This document shows positions 18,348-29,771 of a stretch of DNA of 64,000 nt, in pieces. The stretch lies in assembly GCF_965237495.1 (NCBI RefSeq), contig NZ_OZ250143.1, positions 599,786-663,785 on the forward strand. The letters run 5' to 3'. Each line of letters opens with the position of its first letter. The stretch's first letter is position 1. Below the pieces are notes generated by a model that saw only the letters and a program-made list of their open reading frames with translations, had not been told where the DNA came from and searched no databases. The DNA is from Candidatus Palauibacter sp. (lineage in GTDB: Bacteria; Gemmatimonadota; Gemmatimonadetes; Palauibacterales; Palauibacteraceae). Both the position numbers and the translations under genes were made by a program.

Positions 18348-18597
18348 GGGAGTCTTAATCCTTCCTGTTTCGGGTCTCCGCGTATTTTAGTTGTAATACA
18401 CGGTTATCGCAAACGGGATTGCTTCGGCGGCGAGCAACGATCGTCGCGCGGGCCTTGTTTCTTAGAGAGACATGTGACTTGTAGGTTGGAGTCGCCGGGG
18501 CCGGGATCGGGGCCGACGCCCGTCGCCACCCGACTCCGACGACACGGGAAGGCAGACACCGGAGAGACCGCACAGGAGGGGAAGGGCCAGCCAGCGC

Positions 18598-21012
18598 GTG
18601 TTCGAGTTTCTCTTCAAGTACCGTCCCGTCGTCTTCGAGCGCGGCGATCTCTCGCTGGCCGTGCCGTGGTGGGGCGTGATCCTCGTCTTCCTCGGCCTCG
18701 GCGCCGTCGTGTGGTTCGCCCTCCAGTACCGCCGCATCGGACCCACGATCGAGGCGCGGGATCGCTGGGTGCTCATGGCGCTGCGCGCCGCCGCCCTCGG
18801 GGTCCTCGCCTTCCTCCTGCTGCGGCCGGTGCTCCTCGTCTCAACGGTCGTCCCGCGGCGGAACTTCGTCGCGGTGCTCCTGGACGACTCGCGCAGCATG
18901 CGGGTGGCCGATGAGGACGGCGAAACGCGGGCGCAGCGGGTGCTCGACCTCTTCGGCGGCACGGATGACGGCGGTACGGATGGCGGCGGCATGGATGCCG
19001 CAGCGACGGATCCACTGGCGTCCAACCCCGGAGTGGAGGGCTCCTCCGCCATGGACCCCGCCGAGGAGCCGGAGCCCCTGACGCAGGGCGGCGAGGGTGG
19101 CCTCCGCGCGGCGCTTGAGGAGCGCTTCCGGCTGCGGATGTACGGGTTCGATTCCGACGCGGACCGCATCGACGGGGCGGGGGAGTTGGCCTTCGCCGGC
19201 CCTCGCACGAACCTCGCCGCGGCACTCACCCGGGTGCAGCAGGAGATGGCGGGACTGCCGCTCTCCGGGGTCGTGGTCGTGTCGGACGGGGCGGACAACG
19301 ACGACGAGGCGACACCCCCGCTCTCCGAGGCGCTCTTGGAGGCGCGCGCGGCGGGGATCCCGGTGTACACGATCGGAGTCGGCTCGGAGCGCATCGTCCC
19401 GGACATCGAGGTGCGGCGGGTGGAGGTGCCGCGCGAGGCGCTGGAGGGGACGACGATCGTGGCCGACGTCATCATCTCCCGCGCGGGACTCGCCGGGCGC
19501 ACGGTGCGTCTCGATGTGGAGGACGAGGGCCGGATCGTGGGCACGCACGACCTCACCCTCGGTCCGGACGGGGAGGAACCGGTCCAGGTCCAGTTCACGC
19601 TGGAGGAGTCGGGCCCCCGCGCCATCCGCTTCTCGGTGGACCCGGTGGAGGGGGAGGCGCTCACCGGAAACAACGAGCGGCAGATCCTGGTCGAGGTCGG
19701 GGACACGCGCCGGAAGATCCTCTACTTCGAGGGCTCCCCGCGCCCCGAGAACAAGTTCGTGCGCCGCGCCGTGGCCGATGACGAGAACATCCAGGTCGTG
19801 ACGCTGCTGCGGACGGCGGATGAGAAGTACCTGCGCCTCGATGTGGACGGCCCCGGAGAACTCGCGGGCGGGTTCCCGGACACGCGCGAGGAGTTGTACG
19901 AGTACGACGGGCTCATCCTCGGGAGCGTGGAGGCGAGCTTCTTCACGCACGACCAGTTGCAGATGATGGCGGATTTCGTGGGACAGCGCGGGGGCGGACT
20001 CCTCGTGCTGGGAGGGCGGCGCGCGCTGGGCGAGGGCGGCTACGCGGGGACGGCGCTGGCGGACGCGCTCCCCGTCGTGCTGCCGGGGGCGGGGGAGCCC
20101 GATGTGCTCGAGGTGTCGGCCGAACTCACCCCGGCGGGGCGGCGTCACGCGGCGATGCGGATCGCGGAGACGGCGGAAGCGTCGGCGGCGCGCTGGCCGG
20201 AACTCCCGCCGCTCACCTCGGTGAACCGGGTGTTCGAGACGAAACCGGGGGCGGTGCCGCTTCTGAACGGGGTTCCGGTCGAGGGGGAGCCGCGGGTGCT
20301 GCTCGCGCACCAGAGGTACGGGCGCGGGACGTCGATCGCGTTCACGGCCCAGGACTCCTGGCTGTGGCAGATGCACGCGGACATCCCGCTGGAGGATGAG
20401 ACCCACGAGACGCTGTGGCGGCAGTTGCTGCGCTGGCTCGTGCACGACACGCCGGGTCGCGCCCGCCTCGATCTGGGGGACGACGTGGCGCCCGTGTCGG
20501 AGCCGCTGCGGATCCGGGCCGAGGTGGAGGACGAACGGTACCTGCGCGTGAACGGTGCGGATGTCGTGGCCACGGTGACGGGACCCAGCGGGATGCCGAC
20601 GGAGGTGCGCCTCGACTGGACGGTGGAGCGGGACGGCGAATACGAGGGCCGCTTCGTACCCGAGGAGCCGGGACTGCACCGGGTGAGCGTCCGCGCCGCG
20701 CCCCGCGGGACGGCCCTGACCGAGGACGAGGTCGTCGAGGGTGAGGGCTTCTTCCAGGCGGGAACGCCGCAGATCGAGCAGTTCGGCGCCGGGCGGCGGA
20801 CCGAACTCCTGCGGCGGATCGCGGACGAGACGGGCGGGCGCTACTACACGGCGGAGGACGCGGATCTGCTGGCGGAGGAGATCCGTTACACGGAGAGCGG
20901 CGACACGGTGTACGAGGAGCGGTCGCTGTGGGACATGCCGATCCTCTTCCTCCTCCTCGCCGGGCTGCTGGGGGGCGAGTGGGCCTACCGGCGCTGGAAG
21001 GACCTCGCGTGA
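18598..21012 (+). CDS. Membrane-anchored VWA-domain protein, first gene of the MoxR/BatA-type cluster
   Basis: Two N-terminal TM segments, a VWA MIDAS-like VAVLLDDSRSM...VVVVSDGADN, then KILYFEGSPRPENKF...GLILGSVEASFF...GGGLLVLGG. Confidence 0.8.
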   Translation: MFEFLFKYRPVVFERGDLSLAVPWWGVILVFLGLGAVVWFALQYRRIGPTIEARDRWVLMALRAAALGVLAFLLLRPVLLVSTVVPRRNFVAVLLDDSRSMRVADEDGETRAQRVLDLFGGTDDGGTDGGGMDAAATDPLASNPGVEGSSAMDPAEEPEPLTQGGEGGLRAALEERFRLRMYGFDSDADRIDGAGELAFAGPRTNLAAALTRVQQEMAGLPLSGVVVVSDGADNDDEATPPLSEALLEARAAGIPVYTIGVGSERIVPDIEVRRVEVPREALEGTTIVADVIISRAGLAGRTVRLDVEDEGRIVGTHDLTLGPDGEEPVQVQFTLEESGPRAIRFSVDPVEGEALTGNNERQILVEVGDTRRKILYFEGSPRPENKFVRRAVADDENIQVVTLLRTADEKYLRLDVDGPGELAGGFPDTREELYEYDGLILGSVEASFFTHDQLQMMADFVGQRGGGLLVLGGRRALGEGGYAGTALADALPVVLPGAGEPDVLEVSAELTPAGRRHAAMRIAETAEASAARWPELPPLTSVNRVFETKPGAVPLLNGVPVEGEPRVLLAHQRYGRGTSIAFTAQDSWLWQMHADIPLEDETHETLWRQLLRWLVHDTPGRARLDLGDDVAPVSEPLRIRAEVEDERYLRVNGADVVATVTGPSGMPTEVRLDWTVERDGEYEGRFVPEEPGLHRVSVRAAPRGTALTEDEVVEGEGFFQAGTPQIEQFGAGRRTELLRRIADETGGRYYTAEDADLLAEEIRYTESGDTVYEERSLWDMPILFLLLAGLLGGEWAYRRWKDLA

Positions 21013-22037
21013 GCCGGGCGGGCTTCGGCGCCGCGGCGCTCGGTGCGGCCTTCGCCCTCGCGGGCGTCCCGTCGGTCGCCCTCGCGCAGAGGGCTGCGGC
21101 CCCGCCTCGGGCGCAGGTCCTCATCGTGAGCGGGCTCGGTGGCGCCCCGGAGTACAGCCAGCTCTTCCGGGAGCAGGCCGAGCGGCTGATCGAGGCCCTC
21201 CGCGAGCGCTTCGGCGTGGCGGAGGAGTCCATCGTGTGGCTCGCGGAGGACGCGGCGATCTCGCCGCGCGCGTCGGGCCGGGCGACGCTGGAGGCCGTGG
21301 AGCGCGAGGTGCTCGCGATGGCCACCCGGGCCGGGCCGGCCGACCCGGCCCTCATCCTATTCTTCGGCCACGGGAGCGGAAGCGGCCAGGAGTCGCGCCT
21401 CAACCTGCCCGGTCCCGACCTCTCGGGCGAAACGCTCTCCGTGTGGCTGAGCGCCTTCACCACGCAGACGGTGGCGGTCGTGAACGCGGCGAGTGCGAGC
21501 GGCGGCTTCGTGCCGGCCGTGGCCGGGGACCGGCGCATCGTGGTGACGGCGACCCGCTCCCCGCGCGAGCGCGATCACTCGCACTTCGGCGGCTTCTTCG
21601 TCGACGCCTTCGCGCTCGACGACGCCGATGTCGACAAGGATGAACGCGTCTCGCTGCTCGAGGCGTTCAGCTACGCGACGGGGGAGGTGCAGCGCCGGTA
21701 CGAGAGCGAGAACGAGATGCTGACCGAGCACGCCCTGCTCGACGACGACGGCGATGGCGAGGGAGCGCTGGAGCCGACGGTGGAGGGGCCGGACGGGGCC
21801 CTTGCGAACCGGTTTTTCCTCGCCGCCGCCCCGGCGGCCGTGGCGCAGGCCGCCGCCGATGATCCGGAACTGGCGGCCCTCCTGGCCGACAAACAGCGGG
21901 TCGAGGATGGGATCGCCGCTCTGCGCGGGCGACGCGCCGAGTTGAGCGAGGACGAATACGACGACCGGCTCGAGGCGCTGCTCGTCGAACTCGCGGGCAT
22001 CAACCGGGCCCTCCGGGACCGGGGAGGTGCCCGGTGA
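21009..22037 (+). CDS. Secreted protein with a caspase/legumain-like His...Cys layout in which the Cys position is Ser
   Basis: GTGA overlap with the upstream stop. Signal peptide AAALGAAFALAGVPSVALAQ, then ...ALILFFGHGSGSG...TVAVVNAASASGGF...RIVVTATRSPRE. The fold assignment is a tentative reading of this spacing. Confidence 0.6.
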   Translation: MSRAGFGAAALGAAFALAGVPSVALAQRAAAPPRAQVLIVSGLGGAPEYSQLFREQAERLIEALRERFGVAEESIVWLAEDAAISPRASGRATLEAVEREVLAMATRAGPADPALILFFGHGSGSGQESRLNLPGPDLSGETLSVWLSAFTTQTVAVVNAASASGGFVPAVAGDRRIVVTATRSPRERDHSHFGGFFVDAFALDDADVDKDERVSLLEAFSYATGEVQRRYESENEMLTEHALLDDDGDGEGALEPTVEGPDGALANRFFLAAAPAAVAQAAADDPELAALLADKQRVEDGIAALRGRRAELSEDEYDDRLEALLVELAGINRALRDRGGAR

Positions 22038-24763
22038 GGCGAAGCCGCCGCGGCGCGCGAACCCGCCGACCGGGGCCGCGAGGCTCGCTGGCGGCGCTCA
22101 TCATCGCGCTCGCCGTTCCGCTCCCGGCCTGGGCCCAGGAACGCGGCAGCGGGCCTCCGGCCGACGATCCGCTCGCCGCCGCCGTCGAAGCGCTGCAGAC
22201 CGGCGAATACCGGCAAGCCGTCGCGGGTTTCCGCGACCTGGCGCGCTCCGGGCGCGAGTTCCCGGCCTCCGCGCGCGGGTGGGCGCGGGCGCTCGCCGCC
22301 ACGGGCGAATACGAGTCCGCGCTCGAAGCCCTCGACCGGGCCGCCGGGCGTGCCCCCGACGGCGCCGACCCCGAGACGGAACTCGCGCACGCCCGGGGCG
22401 TCCTCCTGCGGGGGCTCGGCCGCCTCGACGAGGCGGAGGCGAACTTCCGCCGCGCGATCGAGAGCCGGGCCGGCGACGCCCAACTCGCGCGGCTCGACCT
22501 CGGCCGCCTCCTCTTCGAACAGGGCGCGCGCGAGGAAGCACTCGCCCTCTTCGACGGCTTCATCGACTTCTACAACACGGCCGACCCCCGCCGGCTCGAC
22601 GCGGAGCACCTGCGCGCCGTCGCCGCCGCCGTGACCTATCTCGGGGTCCGCGACCCCGACCTCTTCCACGACGCGGTGCGGGCCTACGAAGAGGCGATCG
22701 AGGTCGACCCCGGCGACCCCGAGGCGCGCATCGACCTCGGGCTCCTCTTCCTCGACAAGTACGACAGCTTCGAGGCCGGGCCGCTGATCGACGAGGCGCT
22801 GGCCCGGAACCCCGTCCACCCCCGCGCCCTCCTCGCCAAGGCGCGGCGCGCGAAGTTCGACGGTTCCTCGGAGGCCCTCGAACTCGCGGAACAGAGTCTC
22901 GAGACGAACCCCGGCTTCACCGAGGCGAGGGTCTTTCTCGCGCGTCTCTATCTCGAACTCGAGGACGTGGAGACGGCCGAGGAGGAGGCTCGGCGCGCGC
23001 TCGAGACGAACCCGGTGTCCCTCGCCGCGTGGACCGAGATCGCGGCGGCCGCCCACCTGCGGGGGGACGCGGCCGCCTTCGCCGAGGCGCGCGACCGCGT
23101 ATTCGGGTTGGACCCGAGGCACGCCGACCTCTACGTCGCGCTGGCGCAGGTCGCCTACCGCACGCACCGCTACGGCGACGCCGTCGGGTTCGCGCGCCAG
23201 GCCGTGTCCCTCGATCCCCTCTCCTGGGCCGGCCGGGCCGAACTCGGTCTCAACCAGCTCCGCGTCGGGGAGATCGACGAAGGGCGCGCCACGCTCGAGG
23301 CGACGTTCGAGGGCGACCCGTTCAACGTGTGGGTCTTCAACACGCTCGACCTGCTCGAGGCACTCGCCGGCTTCGAGACGGCGACGAGCCCGCGCTTCTC
23401 CTTCTCGTTCCACCCGCGGGAGGCCGGAGCTCTCTCGATCTACGCCACCGCCCTCGCCGAGAAGGCGTTCGACGCCATGCGGGCGCGCTACGGGTTCGCG
23501 CCGCCCACGCCCATCTTGGTCGAGGTCTACGACCGGCACGCGGACTTCTCCGTGCGGACGGTGGGACTCGCCGGCATCGGGGCGCTGGGCGTGAGCTTCG
23601 GTTCCGTCCTCGCCATGGATTCGCCGAGCGCGCGTCCCGGGAGCGACTTCAACTGGGGCTCGACGCTGTGGCACGAGATCTCGCACGCGTTCACGCTCGG
23701 ATATACCGAACACCGCGTGCCGCGCTGGCTCTCGGAGGGGCTGGCGGTGCTCGACGAACGGCACGCGCGCGAGGGCTGGGGTTCGGATCCCGACCCCGGC
23801 TTCCTGGCCGCCTTCGCGGAGGAACGGCTGCCCTCGCTGGAGCGCTTCAACTACGGGTTCGTGCGGCCCGCCTACCCGGGGCAGGTGCAGCACGCCTACT
23901 ACATGGCCTCCCTCCTGTGCGAGATGCTGGAGACATCGCGCGGCTTCGAGGCGATCCTCGCCATGCTCGACGGCTACCGGGACGGCCTCGAGACGACCGA
24001 AGTCGTGGAACGGGCGCTCGGCACGACGCTGGCCGACCTCGACCGCGAACTGAAGGACTACATCGAGACGCGCTTCGGCCGGACGCTCGCGGCGCTCGGC
24101 GGTGCCGCCCCGGGGGAGCCACACGCGCGGACGCCGGGGCCGGAGCCGGGGCCGGACCCGGAGCCGGGGCCGGAGCCGGAGTCGTTCGCCGGGCAGATGA
24201 TCGCGGCCGCGGAGGCCCATCGCGACGGCCGCACCGAGGCGGCGATCGAGGCGCTGAGCCGCGCCCGCGAGATGTTCCCGGAATACGCCGGCCCGGACGC
24301 CCCGACCCTGCTCCTGGGCCGCATCCACCGCGAGGCGGGGGACGCCGCGCGCGCCGCGGAGGCGTATCGCGCCTACACCGCCCTCAACGAGAACCACCTC
24401 GACGCGCACCTCGAACTCGCGGATGTGGAGGAGGAACTCGGGGACGAGGCCGCGGCCCGCGAGGCGCTCGAGCGCGCGATCTGGATCGACCCCTTCCACC
24501 TCGACATTCACACGCGGCTCGCCGCGAGCTACGAGGCGGCGGAGCGCTGGACGGAGGCGGCGCGCGAACGCCGGGCGCTCCTCGCGCTGGCGCCGGCGGA
24601 TCTCGCGGAGGCCCACTACCGGGTGGCGCTCGCCCTCCACCGCGGCGGCGACGCGGCCGGGGCGCGCCGCGCCGTCCTCGACGCCCTCGAGATCGCGCCC
24701 AACTTCGAGGTGGCGCTCGACCTCCTGCTCGAGATCCGCGGCGACCCCGGGGGGACCCGGTGA
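22034..24763 (+). CDS. TPR-repeat protein with an embedded HExxH metallopeptidase-like domain
   Basis: GTGA overlap with the upstream stop; signal peptide. Multiple TPR-like helices flank ...STLWHEISHAFTLGY...WLSEGLAVLDE (HEISH followed by a downstream E, gluzincin-like). Confidence 0.75.
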   Translation: MRRSRRGARTRRPGPRGSLAALIIALAVPLPAWAQERGSGPPADDPLAAAVEALQTGEYRQAVAGFRDLARSGREFPASARGWARALAATGEYESALEALDRAAGRAPDGADPETELAHARGVLLRGLGRLDEAEANFRRAIESRAGDAQLARLDLGRLLFEQGAREEALALFDGFIDFYNTADPRRLDAEHLRAVAAAVTYLGVRDPDLFHDAVRAYEEAIEVDPGDPEARIDLGLLFLDKYDSFEAGPLIDEALARNPVHPRALLAKARRAKFDGSSEALELAEQSLETNPGFTEARVFLARLYLELEDVETAEEEARRALETNPVSLAAWTEIAAAAHLRGDAAAFAEARDRVFGLDPRHADLYVALAQVAYRTHRYGDAVGFARQAVSLDPLSWAGRAELGLNQLRVGEIDEGRATLEATFEGDPFNVWVFNTLDLLEALAGFETATSPRFSFSFHPREAGALSIYATALAEKAFDAMRARYGFAPPTPILVEVYDRHADFSVRTVGLAGIGALGVSFGSVLAMDSPSARPGSDFNWGSTLWHEISHAFTLGYTEHRVPRWLSEGLAVLDERHAREGWGSDPDPGFLAAFAEERLPSLERFNYGFVRPAYPGQVQHAYYMASLLCEMLETSRGFEAILAMLDGYRDGLETTEVVERALGTTLADLDRELKDYIETRFGRTLAALGGAAPGEPHARTPGPEPGPDPEPGPEPESFAGQMIAAAEAHRDGRTEAAIEALSRAREMFPEYAGPDAPTLLLGRIHREAGDAARAAEAYRAYTALNENHLDAHLELADVEEELGDEAAAREALERAIWIDPFHLDIHTRLAASYEAAERWTEAARERRALLALAPADLAEAHYRVALALHRGGDAAGARRAVLDALEIAPNFEVALDLLLEIRGDPGGTR

Positions 24764-25563
24764 GCGCGCGGACGCGGGGACTCGCGGCCGCGGCGCTGGC
24801 CGCCCTGCTCACGCTGGGCGCCTTCGCCGACCTCGAGGGGCAGCGTCGGCGCGGCCGCGGCCGCGGTGGCGGCGGCGGCTTCGGGAACGACCTCGCCGCC
24901 TACCAGGAGTACAACACGCCCTACACGGGCGAGTTCACCTTCGTGCGTCTCTATTACCGCACGGGGGGCTGGGGCTGGAACCCTGGCTGGTCGCACGACT
25001 GGCCGGTGGCCGAGCGCAACTTCGGCGAGATCGTGGACGCTCTCACGACCATCAACCCGCGCCTGGGCGGCGGCAACGTCCTCGCCATGGACGACCCCGA
25101 TCTGTTCAAGTTCCCGGTCGCGTACCTCTCGGAGCCCGGCGACTGGAGCATGACCGAGGCCGAGGCCGACAACCTGAGCAACTATCTGCGCAAGGGCGGG
25201 TTCCTCATCATCGACGACATGGGCGGCTATCGGGATCTGCAGTGGACGGATCGGATGCTCGAGGTCCTGCTCCCGGGGCACGAACTCGTGCAGCTGGACG
25301 TGAGCCACCCGATCTTCGACTCGTTCTTCCACCTCGAGCAGAGCAACATCGAGATGCCACACCCCTACTGGGGCGGAACGGCGAGCTACTGGGGGGTCCT
25401 CGAGGACAATGATCCCGAGGGCCGGCTCATGGTCATCGTCAATCACGACAACGACATTGGCGACTACATGGAGTGGTCGGACCGGGGGTTCGTCCCCATC
25501 GCGCTCTCAAACGAAGCGTACAAGCTGGGCGTCAACTATGTGGTCTACGCCCTCACACACTAA
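24760..25563 (+). CDS. DUF4159-family protein
   Basis: GTGA overlap with the upstream stop. ...FTFVRLYY...WSHDWPVAERNF...DPDLFKFPVAYLSEPGDW.MTEAEADNLSNYLRKGGFLIIDD...GVNYVVYALTH, as recalled for DUF4159 proteins that travel with MoxR/BatA genes. Confidence 0.7.
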   Translation: MSARTRGLAAAALAALLTLGAFADLEGQRRRGRGRGGGGGFGNDLAAYQEYNTPYTGEFTFVRLYYRTGGWGWNPGWSHDWPVAERNFGEIVDALTTINPRLGGGNVLAMDDPDLFKFPVAYLSEPGDWSMTEAEADNLSNYLRKGGFLIIDDMGGYRDLQWTDRMLEVLLPGHELVQLDVSHPIFDSFFHLEQSNIEMPHPYWGGTASYWGVLEDNDPEGRLMVIVNHDNDIGDYMEWSDRGFVPIALSNEAYKLGVNYVVYALTH

Positions 25564-25620
25564 CAGACGGGCTGACCAACCCCGACCCCGCCTCGCGCGG
25601 TGGTGACGGAAGGAGCCGGC

Positions 25621-26697
<1,077 letters not shown>

Positions 26698-26704
26698 ACT
26701 AGCC

Positions 26705-27631
26705 GTGCGCGCGCGGATCACCTCGAGGACGGTTCCGGGGACGCAGTTCCTCGATCCGACGGTATTGACGCGGATCGGGAACCTCGAACTCGTGGCGCGC
26801 TACGTGGTCGAGGGCTTCATCGCCGGGGCGCACGGATCGCCCTTCCTGGGGCGGTCGCTCGACTTCGCGGCGCACCGGCAGTACCTGCCCGGCGACGATA
26901 TCCGCAAGATCGACTGGAAGGTCTACGGGCGCACCGACCGCCACTACATCAAGGAATACGAGGCCGAGACCAACGCGAACGTCTTCTTCGCGATCGACGC
27001 CTCCCGGTCCATGGACTACGGCTCGCAGGGGATCACGAAGCTCGACTACGCGCGCTACCTGGCGGCCTGTCTGGTCTACCTCTCCGCGAGCCAGCGGGAT
27101 CGGGTGGGCACCGCCGTGTTCGACGACAAGCTGCTCGAGTACATCCCCCCCTCCGTCCGACACCGGCGTCTGATCCTCGCCGCGCTCGACCGCATCAGCG
27201 CGGAGACGGCGGGCGACCTGACGCGGCCGCTCATCCAGGTGGCCGAGAGCCTCACCCGGAAGGGGATCGTCGTCCTCCTCTCCGATCTCTACGCGGAGCC
27301 GAAGACCGTGCTCGACTCGGTGGGGGCGCTCCGGAGCAAGGGGCAGGACGTGATCGTGTTCCAGATCCTGGATCCGGCCGAGGTCGACTTCCCGTTCGAG
27401 GCCGCGAGGTCGTTCGAGGACCTGGAGACGGGCGAGCGGATCCCGGTGATGCCGGATGACATGCGGACGGAGTACCTCTCGCTGGTCGAGGGGCACGTGG
27501 GCGAGCTATCGAAGCTGATGATCGAGCGGGGGATCGACCACGAACTCGCGGTGACGTCGGTGCCGCTCGACGCGGTGCTCTTCCGCTACCTCTCGCACCG
27601 GGCGCGGCGCCTCAAGGGGAAGGAACGATGA
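26705..27631 (+). CDS. DUF58-family (VWA-like) protein
   Basis: ...GAHGSPFLGRSLDFAAHRQYLPGDDIRKIDWKVYGRTDRHYIKEYE...FAIDASRSM. This is the canonical DUF58 partner of MoxR. Confidence 0.85.
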   Translation: MRARITSRTVPGTQFLDPTVLTRIGNLELVARYVVEGFIAGAHGSPFLGRSLDFAAHRQYLPGDDIRKIDWKVYGRTDRHYIKEYEAETNANVFFAIDASRSMDYGSQGITKLDYARYLAACLVYLSASQRDRVGTAVFDDKLLEYIPPSVRHRRLILAALDRISAETAGDLTRPLIQVAESLTRKGIVVLLSDLYAEPKTVLDSVGALRSKGQDVIVFQILDPAEVDFPFEAARSFEDLETGERIPVMPDDMRTEYLSLVEGHVGELSKLMIERGIDHELAVTSVPLDAVLFRYLSHRARRLKGKER

Positions 27632-29715
27632 GTCTCCTGACGCCGTGGTTCCTCGCCGGACTCGGGCTGCTTTCCGTGCCGATCATCATCCATTTGACGC
27701 ACCGGCAGCGGAGCCGGGTGACGGTGTTCCCCTCGCTCATGTTCCTGCGCAAGCTGCCGTTCAAGTCGATGAACCGGCGCAGGATCCGCCACCCGCTGCT
27801 GTTCGCGCTGCGCTGCGCCGCGATCGTCCTGCTCGCGCTCGCGTTCGCGCGGCCCTTCCTCGACACCACGGAGGGAGTGGAGGGGGGATCGGCGCGCGAC
27901 GTGGTGCTCCTCCTCGATGTGTCGGCGAGCCTGGGCTTCGGGGACCGCTGGGAGGCCGCGCTCGACTCCGCCCGCGCCGTCCTTGACGGGCTGGGGGAAG
28001 GGGACCGGGTCGCGGTGGCGAGCTTCAACGAGCAGGCGCGGGAGCGGCTCTCGCTGACGCTCGACCTGGAGGCGGCCCGAACGGTGCTCGAGGGGCTGTC
28101 GCCGACGCATCTGGGAACGCGGCTCGAGGCGGGACTCCAGCTCGCGGGGCGCATCCTCGCCGAGCCCGAGGGGCGGGTGCGGGAGGTCGCGCTCATCTCC
28201 GACTTCCAGCGCACGGGATGGGAGGACGGCGACCGGGTGCGGCTCCCGGACGGAGTCTCGCTGCGAGCGGCGAGCGTGGCGGGCGAGGCGGAGGATGACG
28301 CGGCGGCGAACGTGGCGCTGGCGGAAGCGGCGCTGCGGACGGCGGATGGAGGGCGCGTCCGACTCGTGGCCCGGCTCGCCAACATGGGCGAGACGCCGGT
28401 GGACGCGCTCCCGGTGTCGCTCGAGGTCGGGGGGCGGACGGTGGCCACGAGGCCGGTGGACATGCCGCCGCGCGGGACCGGGACGGTCGTGTTCGAGGAC
28501 CTCGCGCTCCCCGAGGGGCGGAGCCGCGCGCGCCTCACGATCCCCGGCGACGGCCTGGAGATCGACGACGTGTTCCGCTTCGTGGCGGCGTCGGAGACGG
28601 GACTCCGAACGCTCATCCTGGGGACCAGCCGCGGAGCGGAGGACCCGAGCCTCTTCCTCGAGCGCGCCCTGGGGATCGGGGAGGCGCCGCGCATCGAGGC
28701 TTCGCGGGCGCCCGCCAGCGGCATCGACGCCGCGGGGCTGTCGTCGATCGACTTCGTGGTCCTCAACGACGGCGATCTCGCCGACGCGGGGCGGGCCGGC
28801 CGGCTCCGGGACTGGGTGAGCGCGGGCGGCGGCCTGCTGATCGTGCTCGGGCCGGGCGCGCGGATGGGCCGCTGGTCCGCCGCCGGACAGGGCCTGCTCG
28901 GCGCCGAGCCCGGGCCGCTCGTCGACGTCGGCGAGGGCCGCCGGCTCTCGTGGCTCGACTACGACCACCCCGTGTTCGAACTGTTCTCGACCCCCCGCAG
29001 CGGGGACTTCGCGGGCGCGCGCTTCGTTCGCTTCTGGCGGGTCGAGCCCGCCGAGGGGACGGCGGTGCTGGCCCGCTTCGACAGCGGCGAACCGGCGCTG
29101 CTCGAACACGTCGTGGGCGAGGGGCGGGTCCTGGTGTGGACTTCGACCCTCGACCGCTTCTGGAACGACCTCGCGCTCCAGCCCGTCTTCCTCCCCTTCG
29201 TGCATCGGCTCGCGCTGCACGCGACGGGATACCGGGAGCCGGAACGCTGGATCGCGGCCGGGGGCGTGCTCGAACTGGGGTCGCTGGTCGGGGCCGGGGA
29301 CGAGGGCTTCGCCGACGGAGAGGGCGAGTGGGTGCTCGTCGATCCGACCGGGGATCGGCATCAGCTGGAAATCGCGGAAGGTCCGACGTGGATCGGTTTT
29401 CCGGAGACGGGTTTCTATCAGGTCGAGGCGAGGGACGACGCGGCGCGAGCCGTGACCGTGGCGGTCAACCCACGGATTGCCGAATCTGATCTGGCGCCGG
29501 TCGCGACGGAGCGCGTGGTCGAGGCCGTTGCGGGCACAGCGCCGACGGGGGCGACGGGAGAGGGCGGGGCGACGGTCGACGGGGAAGAGGTCCCTAGGCG
29601 CGCCGAACTCTGGTGGCTGCTCCTGCTGCTCGCCGCGCTGGTGCTCGGCGTGGAGAGCGTACTGGCGAACCTGTGGACGCGGCGGCGTCCGGCATCGGCG
29701 CTGACGGGGGCGTAG
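27628..29715 (+). CDS. BatA-N-terminal-domain / VWA membrane protein
   Basis: ATGA overlap with the upstream stop. MSLLTPWFLAGLGLLSVPIIIHLTHRQR (aerotolerance-regulator N-terminal motif), then ...VVLLLDVSASL (VWA) and a C-terminal TM. Confidence 0.8.
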   Translation: MSLLTPWFLAGLGLLSVPIIIHLTHRQRSRVTVFPSLMFLRKLPFKSMNRRRIRHPLLFALRCAAIVLLALAFARPFLDTTEGVEGGSARDVVLLLDVSASLGFGDRWEAALDSARAVLDGLGEGDRVAVASFNEQARERLSLTLDLEAARTVLEGLSPTHLGTRLEAGLQLAGRILAEPEGRVREVALISDFQRTGWEDGDRVRLPDGVSLRAASVAGEAEDDAAANVALAEAALRTADGGRVRLVARLANMGETPVDALPVSLEVGGRTVATRPVDMPPRGTGTVVFEDLALPEGRSRARLTIPGDGLEIDDVFRFVAASETGLRTLILGTSRGAEDPSLFLERALGIGEAPRIEASRAPASGIDAAGLSSIDFVVLNDGDLADAGRAGRLRDWVSAGGGLLIVLGPGARMGRWSAAGQGLLGAEPGPLVDVGEGRRLSWLDYDHPVFELFSTPRSGDFAGARFVRFWRVEPAEGTAVLARFDSGEPALLEHVVGEGRVLVWTSTLDRFWNDLALQPVFLPFVHRLALHATGYREPERWIAAGGVLELGSLVGAGDEGFADGEGEWVLVDPTGDRHQLEIAEGPTWIGFPETGFYQVEARDDAARAVTVAVNPRIAESDLAPVATERVVEAVAGTAPTGATGEGGATVDGEEVPRRAELWWLLLLLAALVLGVESVLANLWTRRRPASALTGA

Positions 29716-29771
29716 CGGAGCCTGGACATCGTCCCCGCGCGAGGGGGCCGAGGTCGTCAAGGAGGATGACG

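Noticed and set aside
21671-24640. Very long antisense or alternative-frame ORFs. Examples: 21671..24640(-), 29757..32645(-), 18841..20679(-), 22027..25563(+), 41636..44449(+), 45498..47102(-), 10443..12044(-), 12359..13534(-), 37575..38984(-), 39390..40979(-), 51384..52874(-), 55649..57049(-).
   Set aside because: Their products are R/P/G/A-rich smears with no motifs. Each overlaps a gene on the other strand or frame that has clear family signatures. Stop-poor alternative frames are expected in GC-rich DNA.
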